36,040 bases of DNA, taken from positions 149,392,888 to 149,428,927 of the forward strand of contig NC_068981.1 in assembly GCF_001194135.2 (NCBI RefSeq), given 5' to 3'. Within the stretch, counting starts at the first letter, position 1, and every line of letters starts with the position of its first letter. The DNA comes from Octopus bimaculoides (lineage: Eukaryota). The position numbers and the translations under genes are program-made. Below are positions 34,945-36,040 of the stretch, piece by piece. Below the pieces are notes generated by a model. It worked only from the letters and a program-made list of their open reading frames with translations. It did not search any database and was not told the origin of the DNA.

Positions 34945-35008
34945 AAGGCGATGCTCCAGCATGGCCACAACCAAAATGACTGAAACAAGTAAAAGAATAA
35001 AAGAATAT
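34945..35008 (+). mobile_element. SINE family B 3' tail fragment
   Basis: aaggcgatgctccagcatggccacaaccaaaatgactgaaacaagtaaaagaataaaagaata. Confidence 0.8.
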
Positions 35009-35042
35009 ATACACATGCAAGCTCACTCACACAAGACACCCG

Positions 35043-35280
35043 TCTCTCTCTCTCTCTCTCTTCTTCCCTCTCTCTCTCTCTCTTCTTCCCTCTCTCTCTC
35101 TCTCTTCTTCCCTCTCTCTCTCTCTCTTCTTCCCTCTCTCNNNNNNNNNNCTCTCTCTCTCTCTCTTCTTCCCCCTCTCTCTCTCTCTTCTTCCCTCTCT
35201 CTCTCTCTCTTCTTCCCTCTCTCTCTCTCTCTCTCTCTCTTCCCCCCTCTCTCTCTCTTCTTCCCTCTCTCTCACACACA
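35043..35280. repeat. (CT)n tract periodically interrupted by cttcttcc (about 20-24-bp higher-order unit), with a 10-N gap at 35141-35150
   Basis: Direct reading. Confidence 0.92.
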
Positions 35281-35358
35281 CATACGCTTATAACATCAAC
35301 AACATACAATTCTCGCTGGGAAGAATAAAGTTTTTAAAATGGATAGAGAAATTCGAAG

Positions 35359-35430
35359 GATTACTTCGGTTCAATGGCAGAACCCCTGTCATATCTATAG
35401 GAGAGGCGAGTTCAAGTCTCACGGTCAGCC
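35359..35430 (+). pseudogene. tRNA-like cloverleaf (tRNA pseudogene or orphan SINE head; nominal anticodon TAT)
   Basis: D stem GTTC/GAAC; anticodon stem CCTGT/ATAGG with a 7-nt loop CATATCT; T arm GCGAG-TTCAAGT-CTCAC; acceptor stem 5/7 paired; TTTT about 8 nt downstream. Confidence 0.6.
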
Positions 35431-35756
35431 TTCGGCGTTTTCTATCTTAAGAGGTTTTACAACTCAATATTTGCATGATATTATTTAGAGCTTTATGTTT
35501 GCATCCCAAGAAATAACGATTTCCCGGTCTCTTAAGTTTATAAAATTTCTTTGTATGTATATTTACACTGCTAGACAAAATATTAAGACCAGTGAAAAAA
35601 ACCCAAAAAAACTGCCGAAATCAACTCCTTGAAGACGATATATTCGACAATTTTTCATTATAGATTCATTATTGGCAAGTAGAAAAAGATATACGAAAAC
35701 CCAAAGAAATGTTTAACATTTAATGCACAAAATATGCAGTATATCAAAACTAGCAA

Positions 35757-35950
35757 TATTTTGCCTGATCAAAAGTTTAAGACCATGACAAGTAACAAAC
35801 GAAAACAATGAATAAATAATAAACAATGAGACTCTGTTGTCAATAGCTCGACCCCTAATGCTAGTAAGTCTAAAAATTCACTGTGGCATACTCGACACAA
35901 ACGATTGCAGAAGGTTGTCCACAATTCCAGAATGTTACGGCAGCGTGTAC
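35757..35950 (-). mobile_element. Tc1-like transposon 3' end fragment
   Basis: Minus frame DNLLQSFVSSMPQ*IF...RGRAIDN resembles the Tc1 C-terminus (LxxLVxSMPxRIxxVI..GG). It is followed by a TIR-like segment (plus strand tgcctgatcaaaagtttaagacc). Confidence 0.6.
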
Positions 35951-35957
35951 ATGTATG

Positions 35958-36033
<76 letters not shown>

Positions 36034-36040
36034 CATATAT
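35958..36040. repeat. (CA)n/(TA)n microsatellite
   Basis: Direct reading. Confidence 0.97.

Overview
AT-rich, repeat-dense non-coding eukaryotic DNA, very probably from an Octopus genome. This is inferred from recognisable octopus tRNA-derived SINE families and very high microsatellite density. Four N-gaps, all bordered by microsatellites, suggest a short-read scaffold. No intact protein-coding gene can be supported, and most ORFs in the supplied track are microsatellite or N-gap artefacts. Decayed transposons that can be read directly from the sequence: a rosa/DD41D-like Tc1/mariner (3660-4564, -), two R4/Dong-like RLE LINE 3' fragments (4731-6190 - and 30347-31965 +), a Penelope-like RT/GIY-YIG fragment (9900-10960, -), an RTE LINE 3' end (13845-14460, +), a hAT MITE with 8-bp TSD, a mariner MITE, a Tc1 3' end, and more than 25 SINE copies or fragments from about six families. 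The most interesting signals are: (1) a minimal type-I hammerhead-ribozyme fold with a non-canonical core (CUGuUGA) in a Penelope-like terminal repeat; (2) a six-SINE cluster apparently built by repeated re-use of the same target sites, plus a recurrent SINE-in-SINE junction at the same nucleotide; (3) an R4-like LINE flanked on both sides by (CA)n; (4) an isolated tRNA-like cloverleaf; (5) a candidate 42-nt minus-strand microexon. No CRISPR array, rRNA or prokaryotic system is present.
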